Assembly (NCBI GenBank): GCA_963666055.2
Contig: CAXWPH010000015.1
Coordinates: forward strand, 1,088,001 to 1,152,000
Source of the DNA: Acidobacteriota bacterium
GTDB taxonomy: Bacteria > Acidobacteriota > UBA890 > WLXD01
Direction of reading: 5' to 3'
DNA length: 64,000 bases
This document shows positions 40,143-50,073 of the stretch, piece after piece (position 1 is the stretch's first letter; every line of letters starts with the position of its first letter). A program made the translations under genes and the position numbers. The notes under the pieces were generated by a model. The model was not told the origin of the DNA, did not search any database, and saw only the letters and a program-made list of their open reading frames with translations.

Positions 40143-41249
40143 ATGTCTGAGACAACCGACGTAAGTACCGATCTAAAACCCGAATTTCTTGTCGTTGTCG
40201 ACAAGATCTACCGGGATATGTGCAACCTGCAGCCAGGAACCAAGGTCCTGATCATCACCGATTCTCGTACGCCGCGACACGTCGTCTCGGTTTTTATGGG
40301 CGCGGCCATGGCGATGGGTGCCGACGTGTCAGTGTCGGAGAATCCTTTGCCCCCGCCGCCAACGCTACAACCAGGATATGAGTGGAATTCGATGGTCAAA
40401 GCCGCTTCGAGGGAAGCCGACTTGATTCTCGACTTGGCTGTCGGCTATGCGGACTTCATAGCGGAAGCCGTGGAACGTGGCGCTCGCGTGATGTGCCCCG
40501 GGGACGGTACCGGTGGACATCACATCGAGGACACACTCATTCGCACAATGCTCGCTGCCGATATTCACGAACTGCGGAGGGAGTCTATTGAGATTGCCGC
40601 GCTCTTCACAGAAGCCGAAACGCTCCGTATGACGTCCGAAGAAGGGACGGATTTCGAGCTGTTCATTGGCGGCCTCGAAGGCGCAGATGGTGACGAGTTT
40701 CTATGGGACCGGGACAAGAATCAGATGACCCCTGCGGCATGGGCCACCCTGCCGCCTGCAGGACCTGGAATTGTACTCCCGAAGGGCCGCGGCGATGGTG
40801 TTATAGCCGTAGATGGCGTTCTATTGTATGAACCGGCCTGGGATCATGAAAAGCTCACCGGCCCGGTGTTTCTGACCTTCGAGAAAGGCAAGATAGTAGA
40901 TGTTCAGGGCGAGCCATTGTTCGCGGGCCGACTAAGTCACTGGCTTGCCGAACAGCCTGACGATTCCGCCGCGTACGGTCCGGTACATTTGAATCTGGGG
41001 TTGAATTCGCGCGCCATGCTTACACAGCATCAGGAGTTCGAGAAACTGCGTGGTACCGTCGTTTGTGGATTTGGTGACAGCAGCCTGATGGCGCGTATAT
41101 GGCATGGCTCCGATCTGGAGCCCAATGTATCGCACATACATTGGGGTATTTTGTTGATGCGACCCACGGTTCGACTGGACGATCTGACCATTTGCAAGGA
41201 TGGTTTCATCGTGGACCAGGCCCGCCACACTTCCACCACGGCCTGCTAG
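40143..41249 (+). CDS. Peptidase M29 / NicX-like metalloprotein
   Basis: LQPGTKVLIITD, TSEEGTDF, GVIAVDG, PVFLTFEKGKIVDVQG, HLNLGLN, HIHWG; last 11 codons come from a repeat end. Confidence 0.65.
   Translation: MSETTDVSTDLKPEFLVVVDKIYRDMCNLQPGTKVLIITDSRTPRHVVSVFMGAAMAMGADVSVSENPLPPPPTLQPGYEWNSMVKAASREADLILDLAVGYADFIAEAVERGARVMCPGDGTGGHHIEDTLIRTMLAADIHELRRESIEIAALFTEAETLRMTSEEGTDFELFIGGLEGADGDEFLWDRDKNQMTPAAWATLPPAGPGIVLPKGRGDGVIAVDGVLLYEPAWDHEKLTGPVFLTFEKGKIVDVQGEPLFAGRLSHWLAEQPDDSAAYGPVHLNLGLNSRAMLTQHQEFEKLRGTVVCGFGDSSLMARIWHGSDLEPNVSHIHWGILLMRPTVRLDDLTICKDGFIVDQARHTSTTAC
41216..41249. repeat. Solo right TIR of the CTAG-ended element
   Basis: Reverse complement matches 32359-32392 at 33/34 nt. 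Confidence 0.85.
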
Positions 41250-41272
41250 AACATCGGGACGAGCAACATTAG

Positions 41273-42601
41273 ATGGCCGTGTTCGAGTGGTTGCTGGGCA
41301 AGTCGACGCTGTCATCGTTTCGGCGGCCAGGCTTCGTGTGGTTGTGGCTGGCACTGGCGTTGAGTGGCTTCACCCACAGCGTCGCCGCCATTGCGTTCGG
41401 CTGGCTGGCGCTCGAGATCACCGGCTCGCCAGTGGCTGTAGGAACGGTCTTCGCGGTGCGCTACGTGCCGCGTCTGCTGTTCGGCGTGCCCGTTGGGGCG
41501 CTCTCGGACCGCATGGATCGACGTCGAATGCTGCAGCGCGTGGACCTGCTCGGCGCGGTGATGGCTCTGGGCGCTGCCGGATTGGGGCTCACGGGTAACC
41601 TGACGTTTGTGAGTCTGCTGCTCGTTGCCTTTCTGGAGGGCGCTGTCGACACCGTCGAGACGACGCTCGGACGCACCCTCGTCTACGACCTCGTGGGTCG
41701 CTCCGAGGCAGTCAACGGCATGGCGCTGGAGCAGCTCGGCAACCGCGGCATGGGTGCCGTCGGGGCGGTTGGCGCCGGTGTGTTGCTGGCGTGGTATGGG
41801 TCGGCTGCCCCGTTCCTGTCGATGACGATCTCCCTTGGCGCTGCCGTAGCATTGCTGTCTCGGGTACCTCGAGGCCGTCGCTCGCCTCCGCTCGACAACG
41901 TCTCACCCGCCGAGATCGACCCGCGTGGAGACGAGGCCAGCGCGCAAGTGCCTGAAGCTCGCGCCTCGGGGGCAACGGCGCCCCGCCGCAGGCGGAACCT
42001 CGCGGTCGTTCTCGAGGGCTTCGCCGTGCTGTGGCGCAACCCGGCCGTGTTGCTGCTCGCCGCGATCGGCGCCGCGGCGGAGATTTTCGCCTTCTCCAGT
42101 GATGCGCTGCTGTCGTCATTCGCGCGCGACATCCTGGAGGTCGGTGCGACCGGGCTGGGCAACCTGACCGCCGCTCGGCAAGTCGGCGGCGTCGCCGGCT
42201 TACTGACGCTCGCCGCGCTCTCGACGCGGTTGCGGCCGGGTACGCTGCTATTCTGGATGTGCGGGCTGTTCTCGATGTCGCTGATAGCCTTCGCCGGCTC
42301 CACCTCCTACTCCCTATCGATACTCCTGATGCTGGGGATCGGCGTTGCCTGGGCGGCTCTCGATGTGCTGTTGCCGAAGCTGGTCCAGGACCGCGTCCCT
42401 GACGACGAGCGGGGCGCCGCCGTCGGCGTTTGGAACCTCAGCCGCGGTGCCGGCCCGCTCGGCAACCTCGAGACCGGGGCGGTCGCTGGGGCGCTTGGGA
42501 CACCGATGGCACAGGTGATCAACGCCGGCGCCTTGCTGATAGTGGTGGCGGCCGCCGCGTGGTTGCAACGGTTCCCGCGTTGGCGGATATCGTCAACATG
42601 A
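41273..42601 (+). CDS. MFS transporter (MFS_3/DHA3-like)
   Basis: GWLALEITGSP, GALSDRMDRRR; about 12 TM segments. Confidence 0.88.
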   Translation: MAVFEWLLGKSTLSSFRRPGFVWLWLALALSGFTHSVAAIAFGWLALEITGSPVAVGTVFAVRYVPRLLFGVPVGALSDRMDRRRMLQRVDLLGAVMALGAAGLGLTGNLTFVSLLLVAFLEGAVDTVETTLGRTLVYDLVGRSEAVNGMALEQLGNRGMGAVGAVGAGVLLAWYGSAAPFLSMTISLGAAVALLSRVPRGRRSPPLDNVSPAEIDPRGDEASAQVPEARASGATAPRRRRNLAVVLEGFAVLWRNPAVLLLAAIGAAAEIFAFSSDALLSSFARDILEVGATGLGNLTAARQVGGVAGLLTLAALSTRLRPGTLLFWMCGLFSMSLIAFAGSTSYSLSILLMLGIGVAWAALDVLLPKLVQDRVPDDERGAAVGVWNLSRGAGPLGNLETGAVAGALGTPMAQVINAGALLIVVAAAAWLQRFPRWRISST

Positions 42602-42612
42602 CGCCCCTGTTG

Positions 42613-42626
42613 CCACGGCCTGCTAG
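42613..42626. repeat. Short TIR remnant CCACGGCCTGCTAG
   Basis: Identical to the last 14 nt of the elements ending at 38749, 41249 and 57902; its CTA is the stop of the AKR gene. Confidence 0.65.
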
Positions 42627-43663
42627 GCGCCAACCGACATCTTCATCCAGCCGGAGGTGTTGTGGAAGTCCGCCACGGCAGAGCCAGGGGGCACCAGCGC
42701 ATCGCAGGCGGCACGCGTCTCGTCGTCGAGCTTCATCTCGGCGACGGGCAGCGCATCTTCGAGGTGCTCCATCGTGCGCGGCCCCATCAGAGGGGCGGTC
42801 ACGCCCGGCTGGTCCTTGGTCCACAGCAGGGCGAGCTGCGCCGAGGAGATGCCGAGCTCGCGAGCGATTGCGCCGAAGCGTCGCCCGATCTCCACGCCCC
42901 GAGGCGTGACGCGATCCCGGTAGAAACCACCTCGGTATACGGCTCGCGAATCCTGCGGCAGATCTTCCGCATCGTCGTAGCGGCCCGCTAGCACGCCCAT
43001 TCCCATCGGCGCCCAGGTGATGAGACCGATGCCGTGCTTCTGAGCCAACGGAATCAGCTCGTTCTCGATGCGCCGATCCAGCAGGTTGTAGGGCGATTGC
43101 TCCGTGACGATGCGCTGATAACCGAGCTCCCTGCTGATCGCCAGCGCCTCCATCACCACCCATGCGGGATGGGTCGACGTGCCTACGTAGCGGACCTTGC
43201 CGGACCGCACGAGATAGTCGAGCGCGCCGAGCGTCTCGTCGAGCGGGATCTCGGGCGAGTGGCGGTGCGCGTAGTAGACGTCGATGTAGTCGGTCTGGAA
43301 GCTGCGCAGCGAGGTTTCCCAGGCGCGGATCACGTTGTACTTGGAGAGGCCGTGGGTGTTGGGCTTGGAGACCGGCGTGTGCTCGTCGAGAGACTGGCCA
43401 GGAATGCTCATGCAATGGTCGACCTTCGTCGACAGCAGCACCTCGTGCCGGCGGCCGTTCTCCTTGAGGGCTCGACCGATCATCCGCTCCGCTTCGCCGG
43501 CCGCGTACACGTCTCCCGTGTCCAGGAAGTTCACGCCGGCATCGAGTGCCACGTTGAGCATGCGCTTCGACTCGTCCTCGGGGGTTGGATCGAGAAAGTT
43601 GTCCGTGCCGAAGGCGATGCAGGAGACCTGCAAGCCGGTCCTACCCAGGGTGCGATATTCCAA
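42623..43663 (-). CDS. Aldo/keto reductase
   Basis: [46 protein letters not shown]. Confidence 0.93.
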   Translation of the reverse strand: MEYRTLGRTGLQVSCIAFGTDNFLDPTPEDESKRMLNVALDAGVNFLDTGDVYAAGEAERMIGRALKENGRRHEVLLSTKVDHCMSIPGQSLDEHTPVSKPNTHGLSKYNVIRAWETSLRSFQTDYIDVYYAHRHSPEIPLDETLGALDYLVRSGKVRYVGTSTHPAWVVMEALAISRELGYQRIVTEQSPYNLLDRRIENELIPLAQKHGIGLITWAPMGMGVLAGRYDDAEDLPQDSRAVYRGGFYRDRVTPRGVEIGRRFGAIARELGISSAQLALLWTKDQPGVTAPLMGPRTMEHLEDALPVAEMKLDDETRAACDALVPPGSAVADFHNTSGWMKMSVGA

Positions 43664-43736
43664 GAGCGGCTCCTGGTGCGTTGGGAGCGTTGCCGACGCT
43701 CCGTTTGGATGGGTTCGGTCCCCTTCGGATCGGAAC

Positions 43737-46170
43737 TCAGTTCCGCATGCGGGCGCCCGCCGGGTCGAAGAGCGGCTCCTTCAGGAGCGTGGCGTTCCTG
43801 CGAATGCCGAGGATCTCGATCTCCAAGCTCTCGCCGACGTCGGCCAGCTCGGATGGCACGTAGCCGAGGGCGACCGACTGCTGCGACCAATGGGCGTAGC
43901 CGCCCGAGGTGACCCAGCCCACCACCTCGTCGTCGTGCCAGATCGGTTCGTCGCCGATCACGTCGGCATCGACGGCGTCGACCGCGAACGTGACCAGCCG
44001 TCGCTTCGGGCCCGAGTCTCGCTCGGCAACGGCCGCGTCGCGCCCGACGAACTCGCCCTTGTCGGGTTTGACGAACACACCGAAGCCGGCCTCGTATGGT
44101 CCGTAGGTCGGGCGGTACTCACGGGCCCATGATCCGAAGCCCTTGTCGAGGCGCAGAGAATCGAGGGCGCGAAGCCCGAAGAGCCGCAGCCCATGGGGCT
44201 CGCCGGCCGCCCGGAGGGTACAGAACAACGTTCGTAGGTACTCGGGCCTGACCCAGATCTCGTAGCCCAGGTCTCCCGTGAAGGTGATGCGGCCGACCAT
44301 GGCCGGGATCATGGCGACGTCCAACCGACGGAAGTCGAGGAAACCGAAGGCCTCGGCCGACACGTCGGTTGACGCTAGATCCTGCAACACGGCCCGCGAC
44401 GCCGGGCCGGCGATCGAGAGTCCGACGAGGCCGACCCCCTCGGCTCGGAGCTGCACGCTGTCGTCGTCGGGGAGGTGCCGGGCGAACCACCGCATGTGGT
44501 ACTGCTCGGCGATGCCCGACCCGAACACGTAGTACGAGTCGGCATCGAGCGCCGCCACAGTGAAATCGCCGATCAGCCGTCCTTGCTCGTTCAGCATGGG
44601 GCTCAGCACCATGCGCCCTGGCGGCGGGATCCGGTTGGTGAGCAGCCCCGACAGCCATCGGCTGGCGCCCGGGCCGGTGACCGCGTACTTGGCGAAATTC
44701 GAGATCTCGGTCAGCCCCACCTGTTCGCGGACAGCTCGGCTCTCCTCGCCCACCGCGTCGAACGCATTCGAGCGCTTGAACGTGATCTCTTCGACCGGGT
44801 CGAGGCCGGGACGCTGAAACCAGAGCGGATATTCCAGGCCGAAGGCCGCGCCCCACACCGCGTTGGCCGCGGTCTGCTCGTCGTAGATGGCCGTGGTCTG
44901 GAGCGGCCGGCCGGCCGGGAGCTCCTCGTTGGGGAAGGCGATCTTGAATCGGCGCGAGTAGAACTCTCGCACCTTGGCGTCGGTGTAGGCCGGCGTGGCC
45001 CAATTGCCGAACCGGGTCGAGTCCATGCCCCAAACGTCCATGCCTGGGTCGCCATCAGTCATCCACCCCGCCAGTGCCAAGCCGACTCCGCCGCCCTGGC
45101 TGAATCCGGCCATCACGCCGCACGCCAACCAGTAGTTGGGGAGATCGCGGACAGGCCCGACGAGTGGGTTGCCGTCGGGGGTGAATGTGAACGGGCCGTT
45201 GATGATCTGCTTGATCGGGGCGTCGGCGAAGGCGGGGAAGTGGGCGAAGCCGACCTTGAGCGAGTCGGTGATTCGATCGAGGTCGGGTGGAAGCAGCTCA
45301 GTGTCGAAGTCCCAGGGCGTGTCCGCGTGGTGCCCACGGCCTGCCGCCCTGCTCGTAGGTGCCGATCAACATGCCCTCACCCTCCTGGCGCAGATACAGC
45401 TCACCGCCGAAATCGAGCGCTCCGACGAGCTCACGGCCGTCGTTGGCCGAGTTGTACGCCACGACCTCGGGCAGCGCATCGGTCACCAGGTACTGATGTT
45501 CCATCGCCAGCACCGGCAGCTCGAGACCGACCATGCGCCCCACTTCGCGCGCCCACAGGCCGGCGGCGTTGACGACGTGCTCGGCGTGGATGACTCCGGC
45601 CTCGGTCACGACGTCCCACGTCGAGTCCGTGCACTGCACCAGATCGGTGACCATGGTGTGAAGGTGGACCTCGGCGCCCGCCTTCTGCGCCGCCCCGGCG
45701 TAGGCTTTGGGAACTCCCACGGTGTCGACGTGGCCCTCGAGCGGGTCGTAGACCGCGCCGACGAAGTACGACGGGTCCATCATGGGGAACAAACTCTCGG
45801 CTTCCGCCATCGAGATGATCTCGGTCTCCATCCCCAGGTACCGGCCGCGTCCGTGGACCATCTTCAGCCAGTCGAGTCGCTCTTCGCTGTCGGCCAGAAT
45901 CACGCCACCGGTGAGGTGCAGGCCGCAGTCCTGGCCCGAGACCTCCTCGATCTCGCGATACAGCTCGATCGTGTATTTCTGCAGGCTGGCGACGTTGGGG
46001 TCGCCGTTCAGGGTGTGGAACGCCCCGGCGGCGTGCCAGGTCGACCCAGAGGTCAGCTCCCGCCGTTCGAGCAGGACGACATCGGTCCATCCCGCCTTGG
46101 TGAGGTGGTACAGCACGCTGCACCCGACCACGCCACCGCCGATCACCACCACCTGGGCGGTGTCCTTCAT
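43737..46170 (-). pseudogene. GcvT-family dimethylglycine/sarcosine dehydrogenase, one frameshift near 45325
   Basis: VIGGGVVG, TSGSTWHAAG; after GRPWAPRG the homologous sequence TPWDFDTELL...FTPDGNP continues in the frame of ORF 43737-45128. Confidence 0.85.
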
Positions 46171-46191
46171 CTTGGGCCTCTCACAACTCCC

Positions 46192-48321
46192 CTACTGGTA
46201 GTCTCGCTGGACGGTGTCTTCCCAGGTGCGCTCGCGTACCAGCACGCCGTCACGCAGCAATCGTCGTGTGTACGTGTAGTAGAAGTTCTCGTAGTCGCTG
46301 CGGAACGAGAGCTCGGCTTCCCAGACTAGGGTGTGGCCCCCGATCTCGAGCTCGATCGTGTGGTCGCCGGTCATCGAGCTCACCTCGGGGCTGTCGTCCC
46401 CTACCTCGTGGGCGATCTGTTCGAGATACCGGTAGGTGCCCCACGGGTACTCGGTGCCGCCGGTGTTCCTGGCCTCGACCCGAGTCGTGTGACTCGCCGT
46501 GTCGTACTTGATGGAACCGATCTCTCCGTAGCCCGAAGCATTGCCGGTATCGAGCTTTCGGAAGCCCGGATACACCGGATCCGCCTGCGGAGCTTGGAAG
46601 GGTGGCACGGGCCGCTCCTCGTACGGAATCACCGGAAGTACGACCCGCGCCGGGCTATCGCCGCCGATTGCGAGCGTCGTGGTCATGGCGTCACGGCTGG
46701 GCCAGGCCATCGGCCACTGCGAGTTGCTCACCGACAGCCGGATCCGATGTCCTTTGGGGAACACCCACGAGGTGAAGTGCATCTCGATGTCCAGCGGAAA
46801 CACCTCTCCGGGAACGACGTCCTGCGGGTCTCGCGCCGAGTTCCGATGCGTGCCGTTGAATCCGGCCCCCGCCACCAGCGTCACGGTGCCGTCGGGTGCC
46901 ACGTCGTTGAGGCGCGCGAACCAGTTGGCCCGTCGTGCCGACGCCGAGACACTCAGGAGGGCGTGTGGCAGCCCGAGGATCTCGGTGTCTTCGGCCAACG
47001 GTGCCGTGTCGTAGACCAGACTGTAGGCGTCGGTCGGTTTCTGGTCGGGCGCCACGTCGCTCCAGTACATCGTCGGTCCGCCCGCCTCGATTCCGGCGGC
47101 CGGCGCATAACGCATCTGATGCACCGCGCCGGCCGGGACCGACTCGTCCAAGGTATGGTTCGGCTGCGCATGCAGGATCCAGTCGCGGGTACGCTCGATC
47201 GGCCAGCCCTCTTCCCACCGCCAGGTGCCCGGCGCCTCGACGAGCACCGGACCCGGCGGGTGCCAGTTGCGCACGTACACCGCGAACGCCGGCTCGTCCA
47301 TGATTCCGGTGTCGCGACCGCGGAGCCAGTGGTCGAACCAGCGCACCGCCTCTCGGCGCCACTCGATCTGCGGCAACGGGTAGGCGTTGTGCGGGTAGTA
47401 GTGTGACCAGGGCCCGATAATCCCCTTCACCGGAGCCTCGAGGTTCTCGAGCATGCGCGGCACGGTGTCGCGATAACCGTCGTACCAACCGCCGATCACG
47501 AATGTGGGGATACGGATGCGTTCGTACTGACGAACCAATGATGATCGGTCCCAGAAAGGGCTTTCCCGCTGGTGGTGGATGTACGTCATCATCGACGGAG
47601 CAACGTCGAAGCGGTCGCGGAAGTAGGCCTCGTCGATGGTGTACTCGGGCGCTGCCGGCCTGGCCTGTTGGAGGTCGTGGCTCATCTGCCACGACTCGGC
47701 CAGGCGCGGGATGCCGTCGATGTAGTGCACATCGTCCTGATATAGATCGTCGGTGGCGGCCACCGCGATAATCGCCCTGAGCGCCGGCGGGTTTCGCATC
47801 GCCATATGGATGGCGTTGAAGCCGCCCCACGAGATGCCGAACATCCCCACGTTGCCGCTCGAATACGACTGTCTCGAGAGCCAGTCGATCACCACGTCGC
47901 CGTCTTCCTGCTCGATCTCGCTGTACTCGTAGGGGATCGTCCGGCCCTCGCTGTTGCCGGTGCCGCGGATGTCGACCCTGGCGACCACGAAGCCGCGCTC
48001 GACGAAGTAGGAATACAGCGAGTAGTTCCGATCCCGTCTCTCGTTCTTGCGGTACGGGAGGTACTCGAGCAGTACCGGGAACTTCTCCCCGGCCTCACCG
48101 CCGGTGGGCATGTACATGTCGGCCGACAGCCGCACACCGTCGGGCATCGGAATCCACGCCTCCTGGAGCGCGATCTCGTAGGTGGGCTGCGAGACCGAGC
48201 CCGCGGCGAGGGAACTGGTTGCCGGCGGCGCGGCGCCGGATGTCGCCGCAAGCGGGAGGACGGCGAGGGCCGCCAGCAGGCTTGCTGAGAACGTCGCTCG
48301 TCGAGTTGCCGTGAATCGCAT
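46192..48321 (-). CDS. Exported CocE/NonD (S15) hydrolase
   Basis: Signal peptide; IPMPDGVRL; RGTGNSEG; GISWGG nucleophile elbow; GGWYD; GPWSH. Confidence 0.92.
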   Translation of the reverse strand: MRFTATRRATFSASLLAALAVLPLAATSGAAPPATSSLAAGSVSQPTYEIALQEAWIPMPDGVRLSADMYMPTGGEAGEKFPVLLEYLPYRKNERRDRNYSLYSYFVERGFVVARVDIRGTGNSEGRTIPYEYSEIEQEDGDVVIDWLSRQSYSSGNVGMFGISWGGFNAIHMAMRNPPALRAIIAVAATDDLYQDDVHYIDGIPRLAESWQMSHDLQQARPAAPEYTIDEAYFRDRFDVAPSMMTYIHHQRESPFWDRSSLVRQYERIRIPTFVIGGWYDGYRDTVPRMLENLEAPVKGIIGPWSHYYPHNAYPLPQIEWRREAVRWFDHWLRGRDTGIMDEPAFAVYVRNWHPPGPVLVEAPGTWRWEEGWPIERTRDWILHAQPNHTLDESVPAGAVHQMRYAPAAGIEAGGPTMYWSDVAPDQKPTDAYSLVYDTAPLAEDTEILGLPHALLSVSASARRANWFARLNDVAPDGTVTLVAGAGFNGTHRNSARDPQDVVPGEVFPLDIEMHFTSWVFPKGHRIRLSVSNSQWPMAWPSRDAMTTTLAIGGDSPARVVLPVIPYEERPVPPFQAPQADPVYPGFRKLDTGNASGYGEIGSIKYDTASHTTRVEARNTGGTEYPWGTYRYLEQIAHEVGDDSPEVSSMTGDHTIELEIGGHTLVWEAELSFRSDYENFYYTYTRRLLRDGVLVRERTWEDTVQRDYQ

Positions 48322-48533
48322 TCGGCGTTCCTCCTGCGCCCAGCTTCACCGGATCATCAGAGCGCCAGTGACCTCCCCGGTCCCAGGGGCCGATCCCTGT
48401 CACTGAGGGGCGCGATGCTACCATCGTCGCGCGTAGCCGATCCAGACCGAACGGGTATCGGAAGTTGGGCCACCGGGATTCGAAACTGGGACCCTGCTAG
48501 AGCGGTTCAGTGGTCCCAAAGCTCGCAAGGGCG

Positions 48534-49646
48534 CTATCTGCCCGAGCGAGCGACCTGCCTCTCGGGGATACGCACCGTCCACATGCCGAACGCGTAGTCA
48601 CCGAGCTCGAGGCGGGCGACCTCTCGTTCTTCGGCGAGCGAGATGATCGAGACGCTGTCGTCGTAGCGCGCGCTGGCGTAGCAGTACTTGCTGTCGAGGC
48701 TCGCGGTCATCCAGTAGGGCTCGCTACCGATCGGAATCGTGGCTAGCAGATCCAGCCCCTCCACCGAGACGATCCCGACGTAGTCCCCTGCTGTGCCCGC
48801 TACGCAGAGCCGGGTCTCGTCGGGCGTCAGCGCCAGACCATGGTGTGCCGTGTGAGGCCAGGTCTTCATGTGCTCCACACCGTCCGGTACTGGTAGATGG
48901 ATGGTCTTGACGACGCGATCGGTTTTCAGGTCGAGCACGACGAAGCCGTGCAGCTTGGAGAGCTGAATGAACATCGTCTGTTCATCGGCCGTGATCGCGA
49001 ACGGCCGCACGCCCTCATCGAACTGAATCGTCCGGATAACCTCGAACGTGCCGGCATCGGCGATGGTGATCTGATCGCACAGGATGCAACCGTTGTAGAC
49101 ACGCTTGCCGTCGGGCGACATATGCATGCTGTGCGGGCCGATGCCGGTATTGATCTTGCCGACGACTGCGGGCTCGACGGTGTCGATCACGACCGCATGG
49201 CTCTCGCTGATCACCGAGACGAACAGATAGCGCCCGTCGTGCGAGAGAGCCATGTGATCGGCGATTCCGCCGACCGGCAGCCGCCACAGCAGCTCCTCGG
49301 TCGCCGTGCTGAATGCCACGACGTCGCGAACCTCGTCGCGAGCCAGGTACAACACCTGGCCCGTGCTCGGCGCCACCAGGTCGTACGCCAGCCCGCCTTC
49401 TGGTCGCTGGTCGGCCGGGATGTCGGGCAGGGCGTCGAACTTGCCGATCACCTCGAAGCTCGGCACCTCGATAACGGAGATCGTCCCCTCCATCCGGTTA
49501 GCGACGTAGAGGATCTCGATGTCGTCGCTCGCTTCGACCGCGCCACTATCCTGGTTCGGCGCCGACCCCCACCAGAGCAGGGGCAGGCATGCCACGAGCA
49601 ACCACGGTTTGCGAGAGAAGGGTCTTTGCGGGTGTGCGGGTCCCAA
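48534..49646 (-). CDS. Exported YncE/YVTN beta-propeller protein
   Basis: LYVANRMEGTISVI, PHSMHMSPDGKRVY and HGLALTPD repeats; N-terminal hydrophobic segment. Confidence 0.8.
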   Translation of the reverse strand: MGPAHPQRPFSRKPWLLVACLPLLWWGSAPNQDSGAVEASDDIEILYVANRMEGTISVIEVPSFEVIGKFDALPDIPADQRPEGGLAYDLVAPSTGQVLYLARDEVRDVVAFSTATEELLWRLPVGGIADHMALSHDGRYLFVSVISESHAVVIDTVEPAVVGKINTGIGPHSMHMSPDGKRVYNGCILCDQITIADAGTFEVIRTIQFDEGVRPFAITADEQTMFIQLSKLHGFVVLDLKTDRVVKTIHLPVPDGVEHMKTWPHTAHHGLALTPDETRLCVAGTAGDYVGIVSVEGLDLLATIPIGSEPYWMTASLDSKYCYASARYDDSVSIISLAEEREVARLELGDYAFGMWTVRIPERQVARSGR

Positions 49647-50073
49647 GTTCGGGTCCTCCTCTTACTCTACGGAGACACTACCCGGTTCCCACCGTGTAGG
49701 TAACGACTCGGAATCTATGACATGCAGAAGCCGCCGAAGGATCGGAAGGCGCGTAGGGTCGACGACTCCATCGGTGCCGCCAAAACGGCCAGCCCCGACT
49801 CGCAACCAGGGAGCAAGTCGACAAGGAAGCGAAGGAGCAAAGACCTACGCTCTCACGAGCCAGTACGGCCCAGAGAAGGACCCCCGGAGATTAAGATGGA
49901 GAGGCACGCGCGAGTCTAGGTTCGACACACTTCCAGAGCAGTAGAGGGATAGCCATGGCCACCGATTACAAGCCCCTGGCTGTAGTAGAGGACATGAGTC
50001 CTCTCAGCATGGAGAGCGTGACGCTAGGTCAACGCTTTGAGCCTCGGTACGCGAACTTACGCACGGTGACCCC

